From Daphnia carinata (taxonomy: Eukaryota), in assembly GCF_022539665.2 (NCBI RefSeq), contig NC_081331.1, forward strand, positions 3,100,001-3,164,000: DNA of 64,000 nt, given 5' to 3'. A model generated the notes under the pieces. It was given only the letters and a program-made list of their open reading frames with translations. It did no database searches and was not told the DNA's origin. Both the position numbers and the translations under genes were made by a program. Positions within the stretch are counted from its first letter, which is position 1, and every line of letters begins with the position of its first letter. This document shows, piece by piece, positions 30,251 to 46,474 of the stretch.

Positions 30251-31106
30251 CTACAGAGAAGAAGAGCGATACTTTTTGATCCAATCGATTGTCGTTTCCG
30301 GCTGAAAATAGTAACATTTATTATTTTTACCAGCGTATTCATAGCGAAAATATATACCGTTGCGAAATAAAAAGTTCCAGGACGAAATACTTGACGGCCT
30401 ATAAAACCCATACCCTGCTCCGGAAATATCACATGGAGATGTAGATGTTTGACAGAGTTGAAAGGTGGCCAATGAAATCCCATTCTACAGTTTAAATCAA
30501 GTTTTGTATCAAGTTTAGCCTCTTTTTCCACATCACAAACTGACAACAAGAAATACCTGCAATCAACCAAGGTTCCTAACTGTTCTTTCACAAGCAGTTG
30601 TCCTATTTCAACCATCTCCTCGACTTATAAATCAGGGAGCTAAGTTTGTTAATAATTATAATAGGTAACTAAAAGGTTAGTTATACCAATATTGACAGTT
30701 TCTACAGTAAGGCTTTTTACATCTGTGATATGTTCTCTAGGTATGATTAGAAGATGGTTCTCTGAAGCTGGTTTGATGTCACGGAATGCCAAATATTTAA
30801 GATCCTAGGTACACAGATAATGGATAAATAAAGATGTTATAATTTTACATAGTTGATGGTGTCTTCTAGGAAAAAATACTTTGCAGAGTTTTAAAACTCC
30901 ATTACATGCAAGGAATTTTATAAAATCTACAATGGCAACCAAAAAAACCAGAATTCGATCTAAGTAATATATCTCATATTTTTATAACTTAATAAGGAAA
31001 GCTAGGAGAGAGAGCAGGGGCAAACCTGATGGACAATATTTGCTGGGGCTAGACCTTGGCAAATCTGACAAAAAACACATTTTAACGCCTGTTGCACCAC
31101 AGCCAT
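30251..31106 (-). CDS. HINT3: Histidine triad nucleotide-binding protein 3-like, 5 exons
   Basis: CVFCQI, AFRDIKPASENHLLIIPREHI and MGFHWPPFNSVKHLHLHVI (HIT motif with the HINT3-type FHWPPF). Confidence 0.9.
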
Positions 31107-31623
31107 ATTTTTAAGAAAAGGCAGTAAAGAGGGGCGGTAACCCGGTAAAATTATTTCCGTGTTTTTAACTTTTTATCTTTGGTTGTTTGACATTTGACAA
31201 TTCGAGTAGTCTGCTAGTAAAGCCGCCTCTTAAGTCCGATTAAAAATTATACAGGTTTACACTTCAAGACTGTAAACTAAGAACATACTGATTTGTATTT
31301 TTTGCATTCTTGAACTCCTTTTAAAGTGCTACAATTATTACACCATTTATTGTAGCACCGAAAGATTATTTTTTGTTGATACTTTGAAAAATATGGCGGA
31401 AGCAGAATAAAAAATATTGGCAACACTGGCGTTATTGTTTCTGAAAAAAGCAGAAATTGTGGAGGGAAAACGTGCGTGCGTTCTACGTTGTGAACTATTT
31501 CGACTCGGATTTGAGAACTATTTGTAACATTATTCGTCGCTAATCCATTATTTCGAGTTCTAAACGTATAAGTTCACACGTTAGTACGGATTTTACTTGG
31601 ATGGTTCTCGTTTCCTGCTAACA

Positions 31624-36195
<4,572 letters not shown>

Positions 36196-36533
36196 ACGTT
36201 GAAGAATCGTCACGTCTGCCGTACGTAAAACTGTTTTACCCTACCCTTCCTTTCACTTATTTTTTGTTTTGTTTTTTTAATTGCTTTCCATTATGGATCC
36301 TTTTTTATGATCCTTATTTAACTGGAATCCTTTCGTAAAGGTCGGTCAGTAACCAAGTGTTACAAACATTTGAATAGTACCAATTGCTTCTTGTCTCAAA
36401 TGGTATCCGTTCTTCAACCAAGTTAAAATACACCATTCATGAACTAAAATGGTACTTATGGGCAACGAAAGCTCATGTGTGGTCAATATCTCAGTTTCGA
36501 GTAGTTTATTGTTTTCTAACACATTGTAGTGGT

Positions 36534-38102
36534 TTACATATCGCTATAACGGCCCCATTTCAATCTTTGTTTTCGAATTTCCACACGTACCCATGAAGGT
36601 AATTTGTTGTCCTCAGGTAGTGCATTCGGATATTTGGGCTCAGGCTTTTTGGGTTCAAAAGGATCGACTGTCTTCATCCGTTTCAGAAGTAGTTCCTTGG
36701 ATATTTGTTTTGTGTCACGATGTTTGTCTAGGTACCTATCACAAACGAAAAATAGAGATGCTGCATCCTATTTCATAATGTTAAGTAATTCCGTACAAAT
36801 TAAAAGCTGCTTTCTTTGGAAACCATACTGGCGGCCTCTTGTAAGGCTCAGGAAAATCGAAGTCATAAATTGGCTCTTGCATATCTATAATTCAATACAA
36901 TAATTAAATGGCGGTGCTAAATAAAAGCAGAAACAAGAAATTACACCGGTCTTACTGAGTGTTTTGTGAAAAAATTCTGTTAATGAATCATCCCAGTCAC
37001 TTTGGAAAAAAGATAGGCCTCCAGGTGTGATGGAATCTTGCATTTCTCTATAAAATTTCTTCATATGAAATGTCCTGTTAGCTAACTCTAAGCTGAAATG
37101 CAAATAAAGAATGAGAAGGTCAAAAGACTAATACAAACCAGCATTTTTTACCATGGTGCACTTTTCCGATATGAACCAAAATCAATTAGTTTCTCTTGCT
37201 TGTACAAGACAAATACAAGTCTTTGACTTCCTGTTCCTCTTGGTGGAAATGGTTGTAAATAATTAACAATTTCCTCTCCTTTCTCAATGTCGTTGCCAGG
37301 AATATTTCCTCTGAAAGGTGAATAATATCTAATAGATATATATCTTACTAATATTATAAAAATTTATACTCACATGAACCAATGTAAACATTCAGCATCT
37401 TTTTCACTAAGGTGGCCATCTGGATTTGTCAGAACTAGGGACCAAAGTGAAGAAGGATCTGCTTCAAATGTTACACTAGGGGCTACAGAAGCCTAAGTTT
37501 CCAAATATATCAATTAGTACACTAGCACAAAATTTTGCTTATTTCACCTCTTTTGGTTTTATCTGATTCCCACAATAAACTGGTAAATTTGAACCATCAG
37601 GCTGTTCATATTTGATGGAGAGTGGAATTCTTGGTAAGAAGAAAGCTTCCCCAAATAAATCTTCAAAGATGTTGTAATGCTCAGCTATAGTTCTTATATG
37701 GAAAGGGGCAGATGTTTTGAGCCACTCTTTTCTGATTTCTTCTAATGATATTTGTTCATTTGGTGATGACTGGCGTCCTTTTCGTGATTGTAATATTTTC
37801 TGCCTACACGAATATTCTTCTCCTCTTGATGGTTTTAGATGAGGTAAACCTATGTTGACTTTGAAATGGAGATTAGGATCTCTTTCGGCCCTAGAAATTT
37901 CTATAAAACCAAATGTATTATTCATTAGGTTAGCCACACAATTAAATGAGCTATCAAAATGCCCACCATCTAATCGCTGCTTAAGCGATCTTGCAACATC
38001 CGGAGCTTTTCCTCTGAGTTTCCGGTTGGGCTGTAGAAATAGCGGTTGGGTTAATGATAATAAATTACGGCCTAATTTTACTTGATTTATTAGTAGAGAC
38101 AT
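36534..38102 (-). CDS. mRpL38: Mitochondrial ribosomal protein L38 (PEBP-like domain), multi-exon
   Basis: Basic targeting-like N-terminus, [64 protein letters not shown]; ends [22 protein letters not shown]. Confidence 0.92.
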
Positions 38103-38802
38103 TTCTCTTTCTCAGTTTTACACCACACTATTCCAACCGTTTTCTTCACGTGTTGACAAAGGTCAACGCCATCTGTTAGTTGCATTAAAATAAGGGTGGT
38201 AATTTGAGTAATGAATATCTAATATTACAGGCCCTTGGCACTCACAGTTTTGTTGACATAACAAGGAATAAGGTGTATTCATTGTCCGGCTGGTGAGCTA
38301 CTTACCATATCCTTTTGTTATACCATGTGAATCGGCCAAAGAATGCAAAGACTGTCAATAACGACAAGATATGGATCCGTTCAAAATCAGGCAAGTAGAA
38401 AAATCAACACTATAAAAACATGCAAAGTTGTTTTTTTTTAAAATAATTTTCGATTCTTTTCGGCTATTGCTGCAGTGTTCTTTTTCCAACACAGTGCGAT
38501 ATCGTAGAGCAGAGAATCTGACAACTGGTTAGCATGAAGAATAGCGTTCAGGCCTGTGGTGTATTTTAAGAGAAGTTGGCAACGAATAAGCGGTGAGATG
38601 AACAAGATAATTTTCTTAAGATTTGTTTGTGGTGTGGAGAATTACACAGGCTACTTATATTTGTCTTTTCACTAATTTTCGATACGTCCGTTAATTTTAG
38701 ATTTCTCGACATATACCAAGATCTCTCGATATATGAGAGATTATTGTCTTCCTAGGTTTTGTAATTTTCTCCTTGCAACATAAAAAATATTCAATTGTTG
38801 CT

Positions 38803-40854
38803 ATGGACATGGTCGATGCAAATTCGACTGGCGGCCTTTCAATCCCAGGATCTGCCCAACGGCGCAAGAAAGCTTATAGCGTATCCCTACATGAAAATAG
38901 TTTTGACATCTCTGAAGTACCTTGTGTACAAGAAGTTGCCTCCTCAAATGATGGTGGTACTTTAACACCTGTTGCTGACAAATGCTTTAATTGTGGACAA
39001 CATATACCACCAAGTGCCTGCAAGGAGAATGATGTGAGACAAAGCAGAGCTCCCATAACCAATCACAGTCCAATCAGTCAAAATATCAAAAGAAACCCTG
39101 TGACTGAACTACAACCAGTTGCTACTTCACAGTTAGTTTATGTCCATTCATGTAAAATCTTATAAGTTTACCAACTATTTCAGCGCTTCATTTGTATCAC
39201 AGTTTAGAATATGAGTCATGTGCGTCCAGTGGGGAAACTCCTCTGTTGGGTAACTTTACATTTTGGAACCATAGTGCCATTAATTTAATTAATTATATTG
39301 GCAATACTTGTTTCAGATCACTGCCATAAGGCAAGAGTGTCAACTGTAGATTCAAAGGCTAAGAAAAAGCTTATAATAGCAAGTGTTCTATGTTTGGTCT
39401 TCATGGTAGGAGAAGTTGTAGGTATTTGTTATCTTTCTATTCAAAAATCTCTAAATTTATTTAGATATATATTTATTTTATAAATCACTGCAGGAGGTTA
39501 CCTTGCAAATAGCTTGGCAATAGCCACAGATGCAGCTCACCTTCTAACAGATTTTGCTTCATTCATGATATCATTGTTTAGTTTGTGGCTTGCGTCTAGA
39601 CCTCCAACTAAGCGCATGAGCTTTGGTTGGCACCGCGCAGGTATGCCGTATGTTATCATTCGTGGAACACATCCCTCATTACCTAATTCCATGGTCATAA
39701 TTTCCCTATTATAGAGGTTATTGGAGCGCTGACATCGGTTCTGATGATATGGTATACGAGTATTTATTATACGTACAATTAGTATTCATTTACAAAAACG
39801 TACGTAGGGTTGTAACAGGGATCCTAGTTTACTTGGCTATTCAAAGACTTGTTAACAAAGACTTCGATATCGAGGCCAAAATCATGTTAATAACATCGGG
39901 CCTAGGAGTAGCCGTTAACTTAGTAATGGGTTGCACGCTCCACCAGCATGGACATAGTCATGGAGGCAACAACAACCAGCATAGCCACTCAGCCCATAGC
40001 GATGACACCGAAAGCCAACCTTTACTCAGCCATAGCCATGGTGGGCACACGCATGATGATGTGGAGAATATCAATGTCCGAGCAGGTATTATATTAAAAT
40101 TTGCAGAGGACGTAAATTCTCTGATTTGATTTATTCCTTTAACCAGCCTTTATCCACGTTGTTGGAGATTTTGTTCAAAGTCTTGGAGTTTTCATAGCCG
40201 CCATCATAATTTTTTTTAAGGTAAATGGGTCGGCAATAGTTCGTTGTAATTATTGAGTTAGGTTTTATCATTTGCTTTGTTTTGCAGCCGGAGTGGGCAA
40301 TAATTGACCCTATCTGCACATTTTTATTTAGCATCTTAGTTCTATTCACAACGATCACAATCTTAAAAGATGCGTTAACCGTATTGATGGAGGGTAATGT
40401 ATGAATAACCTTTCAATGCCCATGTATGATTCTGTAACCCGAAAATATCCATAGGTTTACCACGCGGACTAGATTTTAATAGAGTGCAGGAAACATTTTT
40501 GTTGATAGATGGTAATTATTTTCATTTTTAATCACATTGTGTTATCCGTCTACTCATTTTCGCTTTTGAATAAGGTGTGATTCGTGTACACAATCTTCGC
40601 ATATGGGCACTCACAATGGACAAAGTTGCATTAGCTGCGCATTTGGCTATTCGTAAATACCAGTATCAAGTATTCTTAAACTCGCGGATTTTAACGTTTG
40701 TTTTGCAGGTCCTGGCGCACGGACACAAGAAGTGTTGTTGCAAGCATCGCGATTGGTGCGTTCTCAATTTGATGTCTACGAGATGACCCTGCAAATTGAA
40801 GAATTTGAAGCTGGGATGGAAGATTGTGTCCAATGCCAAGACCCTTTAGATTAA
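38803..40854 (+). CDS. CDF/SLC30 zinc transporter (ZnT2-like), multi-exon
   Basis: [57 protein letters not shown], His-rich loop HQHGHSHGG...[36 protein letters not shown] and C-terminal CVQCQDP. Confidence 0.93.
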
Positions 40855-41502
40855 ACACCGTATTTTGAATGATGTTACGAAATTTTTTCTCAAATTGGCA
40901 ATTCAAGCTCAACAATTTCAACGTGTAAAGAACCCTATAACTCCGTCACTGAGTCGGCCTTAAAGATCTTTGAAAGACTACGCATTAGACATGGCCGTGT
41001 GTCCAGTGTTGTCCTTTTTTCTCACCCGTACAATAAGCGAAATAAAAAAAAAATTGTACTGTTTATTTTTTTTTTTCGAAAGTAGTTGTTAGCTTTTATT
41101 TCTTTTCCTTTTCCTCTTCTTATAGAGGTTTCCACGTAAATGCTGAAGGCATTGGCAATTAGGTGACTTATTTTCATATGTTTACAATCTGCAACGCCAT
41201 CTAGGCAGAATAACACGAACACCAACAAAAGAGAAACATGGCGGAAGTTTGTTGGGAGTAAATGAAGGTATTTTAATTGGTGGTGATATTAATTATAATT
41301 TCTTGATGTTGAAATGTATCAACAAAATAAAAGTTTACCTAGAGTGAGAACAATGAGAGAAAAGTGCATACTTTAATGATAAAACAGCTTAATTTTTTCT
41401 GGTGTGAGGTGAACTGTTAAACTTTCAGTGACAAGCTGATATGGTTCATTGTTTTTTTTTTTTTGTATTTAGACCTCGATATTTTTATTTTGAAAAAAAG
41501 AA

Positions 41503-44500
41503 ATGTCCGAAAGTTTTTCAATCGACGTCAATGTGGCGGGTTCTGTAAGCCCTGAACCTCGAATGTTGAAGCGGCCCACATTGCAGTTAGCCTTGAAACA
41601 GCAGGCCAAACGAAGAAGAAGAAATACCAGCATAGCTACACAAGGAAATTTGAATGGAATGCCACCCATCCCCCGAGTAATTGTAAAAGTGTTACCCCCA
41701 TTGCCTTTAAATGAACCAACCAAAGTGAATGAAATCAGTGAATCGGAAGCAGAAGAAGTTCAAGTTGTATCTCAGAGAAATGCTACAAGTCTACCAACAC
41801 AAACAACTATGAGAGAAGTGCTTGCATCCATTCCTGGATTTAAAACAACAAAAAGAACTACAAGAAACTTGTCTGCTGCAGCACAAATACAGAGAGCTCA
41901 AGAGGGTTGTGTTGATCTTCAAAACCCGTCTTCTATTCTTGCTAAGGCGAACCTCCGTGGAATCCTTAACAAACATACATTTGGAACCTTACCCCCATTG
42001 TATCAGCATAAACTCATACAGTTGTTACCGGAGGTTGATAGATGTTCAGATGGCAGTTCAAAATTAAGCAGCACTGCCCTTAGCAACGAATTTTTCGGTC
42101 GTGCTTGCCAAAAGTGGAGAGATCGCCTTGCTTCAGGTGAATTTACTCCAGAATTCCAACAGAAAATTAGAGCTGAAGCCGAACGAGACAAAGGCAAGTT
42201 AGATCCTTGGAAAGTCAAACATTTTGAACCTTTTTGGGGATCTAGAGGGGAATCTTCTTCTTCAGAACCTCCTGTTGCAGTTGCTCCAACTAGCAAATCT
42301 TGTTCTAGTGTAGCATCCAAAAAGAAAACTATTGTTTCCGAGGTAGCAGAGGATGATACTCCACCTAAGAAGCGTATAATCGGCCGCAAAATCGGAAGAA
42401 GGAAAATGAAAAGGAAAAAATCTATTAGAAAAATTGTTACCCACTTGGATAGTGAAGACAAAAACCAGGTTACCTCAGAAGATACTCCTTTGATATACGA
42501 AGAAGTTATTACCAAAGAAGCGGCATCTGTCGAACCCGCTGAAACACAGCCAGTAGAAATGCCCGAAGAGAGTGGTATTATTCAACTCTCTATAAGCATT
42601 GATGAAACTGTAAACAGTCCCGCGATCGAATTTATGGACACATTAAATGTGGAAAAAGAAACGCCGTCCACTTCGCACCCAACGCAACAATGCGATTCAG
42701 ACCAACATTCCCTAGCTTGTCAAGGGACATCTGGTAATGGCTCTATGGAAATGGTGGATCGTCTAGACGATCCTTTGTTCATTGAATCGCCACAAAGGGA
42801 AATTAATCTAGAAAACGATAAATTAGTCGACACGCTACAAGAAAGCACCCAAAGTCCGTCAGAGAAATCGGAAACCCAAACTGAGGGAAATGTAAACACT
42901 GTTGTCCAGGAAACCTCCACTGGCCTGACTGCATCTGAGGAAGACGATGCCTTTTATCTCAATAATTCTCATCCTCCTTCTTCTATTAAGGATTCTCTGC
43001 CTCCGTCAGACTGTGACGAAGAAAAAATATCGAAGGATAAAAGTGCGAATGATTGCCAGATGCGAATTGATGATGGACGTGCATTAAGCGAAATGAAAGA
43101 TTTTCTTAATAGTAGTGTCGGGCATTTTGTGCAAGAGGACTCGTCACCAGAGGATTTTTTCCAGAGTCATCAAGTGACGGAAGCCCTCGAATTATTAAGA
43201 GACATTCATGACAGAGAAGACTCAGCTCCAGTGGCAATAGAACCGCAAACTATTACGCCAACTACGGCTGAAAATGTGTCGACTGACCAACGAGATGAAG
43301 TAGATTTACCTGAAAATAGCAAATCTTCCCAACATCAAGTGCAGATGGTGGAACCACCTGCTAAACAGGATTCAACGGCAGAACTTGATTCTTCCATTAC
43401 CTCTGTCCCGAAGCAGCATGAATTACAGCTGGTTGCCTCAGCAGAGAAGTTCGTGGAAACCAAGACAGATGATACTTGCCATAAAAACGATCATGTTGTA
43501 TCAAATGTGTCGACACATGTTTCCGCCCAATCGGAAGCTCCAGCTGTAGCACTTCCACACGTGAGCAATGCTGAAGCGTCTACTGTCATACCCGAGAAAC
43601 AGAGTGCCACAAAAATTGAGACACCTATTCAACAACCAACCACTGTGACTCTAACTCTGCCATTTCCAGTGACACTGCCTCTGAATTTGCCTCTTACTTT
43701 GCCCATTTCTCTTCCACCCGGTACTACGCTGGTCGTTTCGGATCCCTCCTCCTTAGTGGGACTACGCACAAGTAATACCTGCACAACTGCAGAAGTCAGT
43801 AAAACAGTTTCATCCGTGACATCTTTGACACCAATTGCACCCAACAAACCGCGGATAGCTTCTACATCGTCCTCTCCATCTCGAATACTTCCGCGAAGTA
43901 CTCAACCGACTACTAACCCAGTCGCAGTTGCTGGAACTTCATCCTCGACGACCAGTGGTTTAATTGCCCCTCGTAACGGATCTGGCAAGCAAAGCCAACC
44001 CTCTAGAGCTCCCCCTGGAACGGTTAATCTCGAACGATCGTATCGTATTTGCCAGGCAGTTATTGAAAACAGCCCAAATTGTGAGCAACTCAAGGCACAG
44101 CTGCGCCCACCTTCCGCTTTCTCCAGCAGCGTTGTGGTCTTACCTTCGGGCTCCCCAGTCACGGGCAACGTTGCTGCGTCGAGCGCCAACCGATCAAACA
44201 ACGGCAAAAATGGGGCTAAAAATAATTTGGCAACAAAACCATGCAAAGGAAACGCAACTGGGAAGATAGCAAATCAGCAAGGTGTTGGAGATGTCAAAGT
44301 TGTTCCACAATCTTTAGGCGCTACGTCTCCGTCCGGTGTTATTCTTGTGCATCCGGGAACCGCCAATATGGGGGTTGTTGATCAACAAGCGGTCGTCACC
44401 AGCAAAGTGGTTGCTCCTTCCCCCGTTCAACTTCCGAGGCAGCAAGTTGTTTGCATCACACCAAATGCTTCAGAGGCAGTTAATCATCTATCGTCTAAAA

Positions 44501-45429
44501 CACCCTCGGCAAACCTTGCCAGTAACCGGACAATAGGAGTCACTCCGCAGCAGCTGAGACCCGCATCCACTCCTCCACAGCCAAAACCATCAGTGTTCCC
44601 TAATGTCCCCCAACAGGCTCAACAATCAACGACAACAGCTCAATGTTACCAACAACAACAACCCAGTACTATTACTGTCGGTCAACAAGTTACCTACCTC
44701 CCATTCAATAATTGGTCGCAACAACGACCGCCGCAACAGCAAGACAGAAACACTCCCAAGGCAATAGCCCCAGCTACCGTCCGACCGGGAACACATACCC
44801 AGCAAGTTTACAACAATCTTCAGCAAACGAGCAGTAATTCTTTTATTCAAGAACAAACTGTCCAACAGCAAACTCCAGTGGCTCCAAGAACTCAGCAACC
44901 AGTTAATACCAGACAACCTTCAACTGTCACAATTCAGACACAGCAATATGCTTCTTCTTCGAACGTCCAAGTCAACTTACAGCCGATGGCAATGCAACAA
45001 TTACAAAAGCCGCCGAATCAACAACAGCAAGGGATACGCCAGTCGTGGTCAGGTCCTTCGGTGCAACAACAAAAGCAGATAAACATCAATACATCATCTG
45101 TTGTTCCGCCGCGGAATCCGGTGGCTACGCCGCAGACACCTCCCTTTGTACAAAATGACGTCCAACTCGTGAGCATGGGCATGTCGATGAGAGCCCAGGT
45201 TCCCGGCAACGGTAGCAGCATTACTCCACAATTGCCTATCAACGCAGATCCTGCTATTACCGGAAATACCAACGACAGTTCGAACGAGGAAGCGATTGAA
45301 AAAGCCCCACAAACAACCGACTGCGATTGCCAACTTAAAGCAATGGTTATGTGCCAGCGATGTGGAGCATTTTGTCACGATGACTGCATTGGCCCAACTC
45401 AGCTCTGCTTTACCTGTATTATTCCATGA
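41503..45429 (+). CDS. Asx: Polycomb protein Additional sex combs (PR-DUB subunit), single coding exon, 1308 aa
   Basis: DEUBAD/ASXH domain (SILAKANLRGILNKHTF..LPPLYQHKLIQLLPEVD...NEFFGRACQKWRDRLASGEFTPE...LDPWKVKHFEPFWG) and C-terminal PHD CDCQLKAMVMCQRCGAFCHDDCIGPTQLCFTC. Confidence 0.95.
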   Translation: MSESFSIDVNVAGSVSPEPRMLKRPTLQLALKQQAKRRRRNTSIATQGNLNGMPPIPRVIVKVLPPLPLNEPTKVNEISESEAEEVQVVSQRNATSLPTQTTMREVLASIPGFKTTKRTTRNLSAAAQIQRAQEGCVDLQNPSSILAKANLRGILNKHTFGTLPPLYQHKLIQLLPEVDRCSDGSSKLSSTALSNEFFGRACQKWRDRLASGEFTPEFQQKIRAEAERDKGKLDPWKVKHFEPFWGSRGESSSSEPPVAVAPTSKSCSSVASKKKTIVSEVAEDDTPPKKRIIGRKIGRRKMKRKKSIRKIVTHLDSEDKNQVTSEDTPLIYEEVITKEAASVEPAETQPVEMPEESGIIQLSISIDETVNSPAIEFMDTLNVEKETPSTSHPTQQCDSDQHSLACQGTSGNGSMEMVDRLDDPLFIESPQREINLENDKLVDTLQESTQSPSEKSETQTEGNVNTVVQETSTGLTASEEDDAFYLNNSHPPSSIKDSLPPSDCDEEKISKDKSANDCQMRIDDGRALSEMKDFLNSSVGHFVQEDSSPEDFFQSHQVTEALELLRDIHDREDSAPVAIEPQTITPTTAENVSTDQRDEVDLPENSKSSQHQVQMVEPPAKQDSTAELDSSITSVPKQHELQLVASAEKFVETKTDDTCHKNDHVVSNVSTHVSAQSEAPAVALPHVSNAEASTVIPEKQSATKIETPIQQPTTVTLTLPFPVTLPLNLPLTLPISLPPGTTLVVSDPSSLVGLRTSNTCTTAEVSKTVSSVTSLTPIAPNKPRIASTSSSPSRILPRSTQPTTNPVAVAGTSSSTTSGLIAPRNGSGKQSQPSRAPPGTVNLERSYRICQAVIENSPNCEQLKAQLRPPSAFSSSVVVLPSGSPVTGNVAASSANRSNNGKNGAKNNLATKPCKGNATGKIANQQGVGDVKVVPQSLGATSPSGVILVHPGTANMGVVDQQAVVTSKVVAPSPVQLPRQQVVCITPNASEAVNHLSSKTPSANLASNRTIGVTPQQLRPASTPPQPKPSVFPNVPQQAQQSTTTAQCYQQQQPSTITVGQQVTYLPFNNWSQQRPPQQQDRNTPKAIAPATVRPGTHTQQVYNNLQQTSSNSFIQEQTVQQQTPVAPRTQQPVNTRQPSTVTIQTQQYASSSNVQVNLQPMAMQQLQKPPNQQQQGIRQSWSGPSVQQQKQININTSSVVPPRNPVATPQTPPFVQNDVQLVSMGMSMRAQVPGNGSSITPQLPINADPAITGNTNDSSNEEAIEKAPQTTDCDCQLKAMVMCQRCGAFCHDDCIGPTQLCFTCIIP

Positions 45430-46474
45430 ACTGCATTTTCCCAATATCTCTATTTTCTGTTAGTACTTTTTCCGCTCGTGCAAAAAAAAAAAAAAAAAGA
45501 AAAAAAATCAGTTAACACTTAATCCAGTATTTGGTAGCCAACGCAATTCATTCGTTGCTGTGTGGATTTCATTCATCCTTTTGTGGAGTGAATGGAATTT
45601 AGAAGCCACGTCACCTTGACTAATTATTTCGAGAGCTTAAGTGGTGGTAATAGATTTATAGTGTATTACCTTCATATTTGAACATTTATTGGTGACTTTA
45701 TTTAATGTCAAGGTTGTGCTACGGAGTTTTCATTTTCCATTACCAGAAAAACATCTCGTTCTCCTCATGAATACCTTGCCCAACTGTTAAAAAAAATGAC
45801 ATCATTCTTTTCCTTTTTTTCCCTTGAATGTTCTGAGAATGGGGCGATTGTTTTTATTTTTTTGCACACCTACCCACTCCTAGTCTGATCACACTTATTT
45901 CCAAAATCTATATCCCTAAAACTGCCGGCCTTTTTCCGTTGGTGGTTTCTCTCATCACTTTTGATATGTCGTATAGCAATGACGTTTATTTTCCTCATTT
46001 GAATGATGATTCTTGTTATACCTTAAATACCTTATGGTGGTGAGTTGAAGTAATTCCTGATTATTAGAAGGAAAATCAGAAAATGTGCCTCTAATGATTA
46101 CGTCCCCGGCACGTATTTGTTTTACTATCCGTGTCGATCCGGCTATGTTTTTTTTTTGTTTATTTTTTAATATCTTGTCCCCCTAATTGATCCAGTAGAG
46201 GGGGATACGTTCTTTCAGAGTTTCAATACATCATGGCTTTGTACAAGATCCTAAATTTACGTAGTTCCTGAATTATTTTTCAATAATGGCAACGTTGCAA
46301 TGTTGACAATTTGAATTTGACAGTTCGGCCATCGTTTCTGGCTGCTTACGATCTGTAAAGTAAATTTAGTCTAAATGGAGTGAATAATGTGATGGATTTA
46401 AAAAACGGATAAACACTAGTCACACTTTCAATTTAAAAAGGACACGTTTCATTTCGTTAAACGTTATCTGGAGA

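Noticed and set aside
42003..45444. Antisense and alternate-frame ORFs over Asx (similarly over Sec16 and Spt16)
   Set aside because: Shadow ORFs of biased coding sequence with no independent features.
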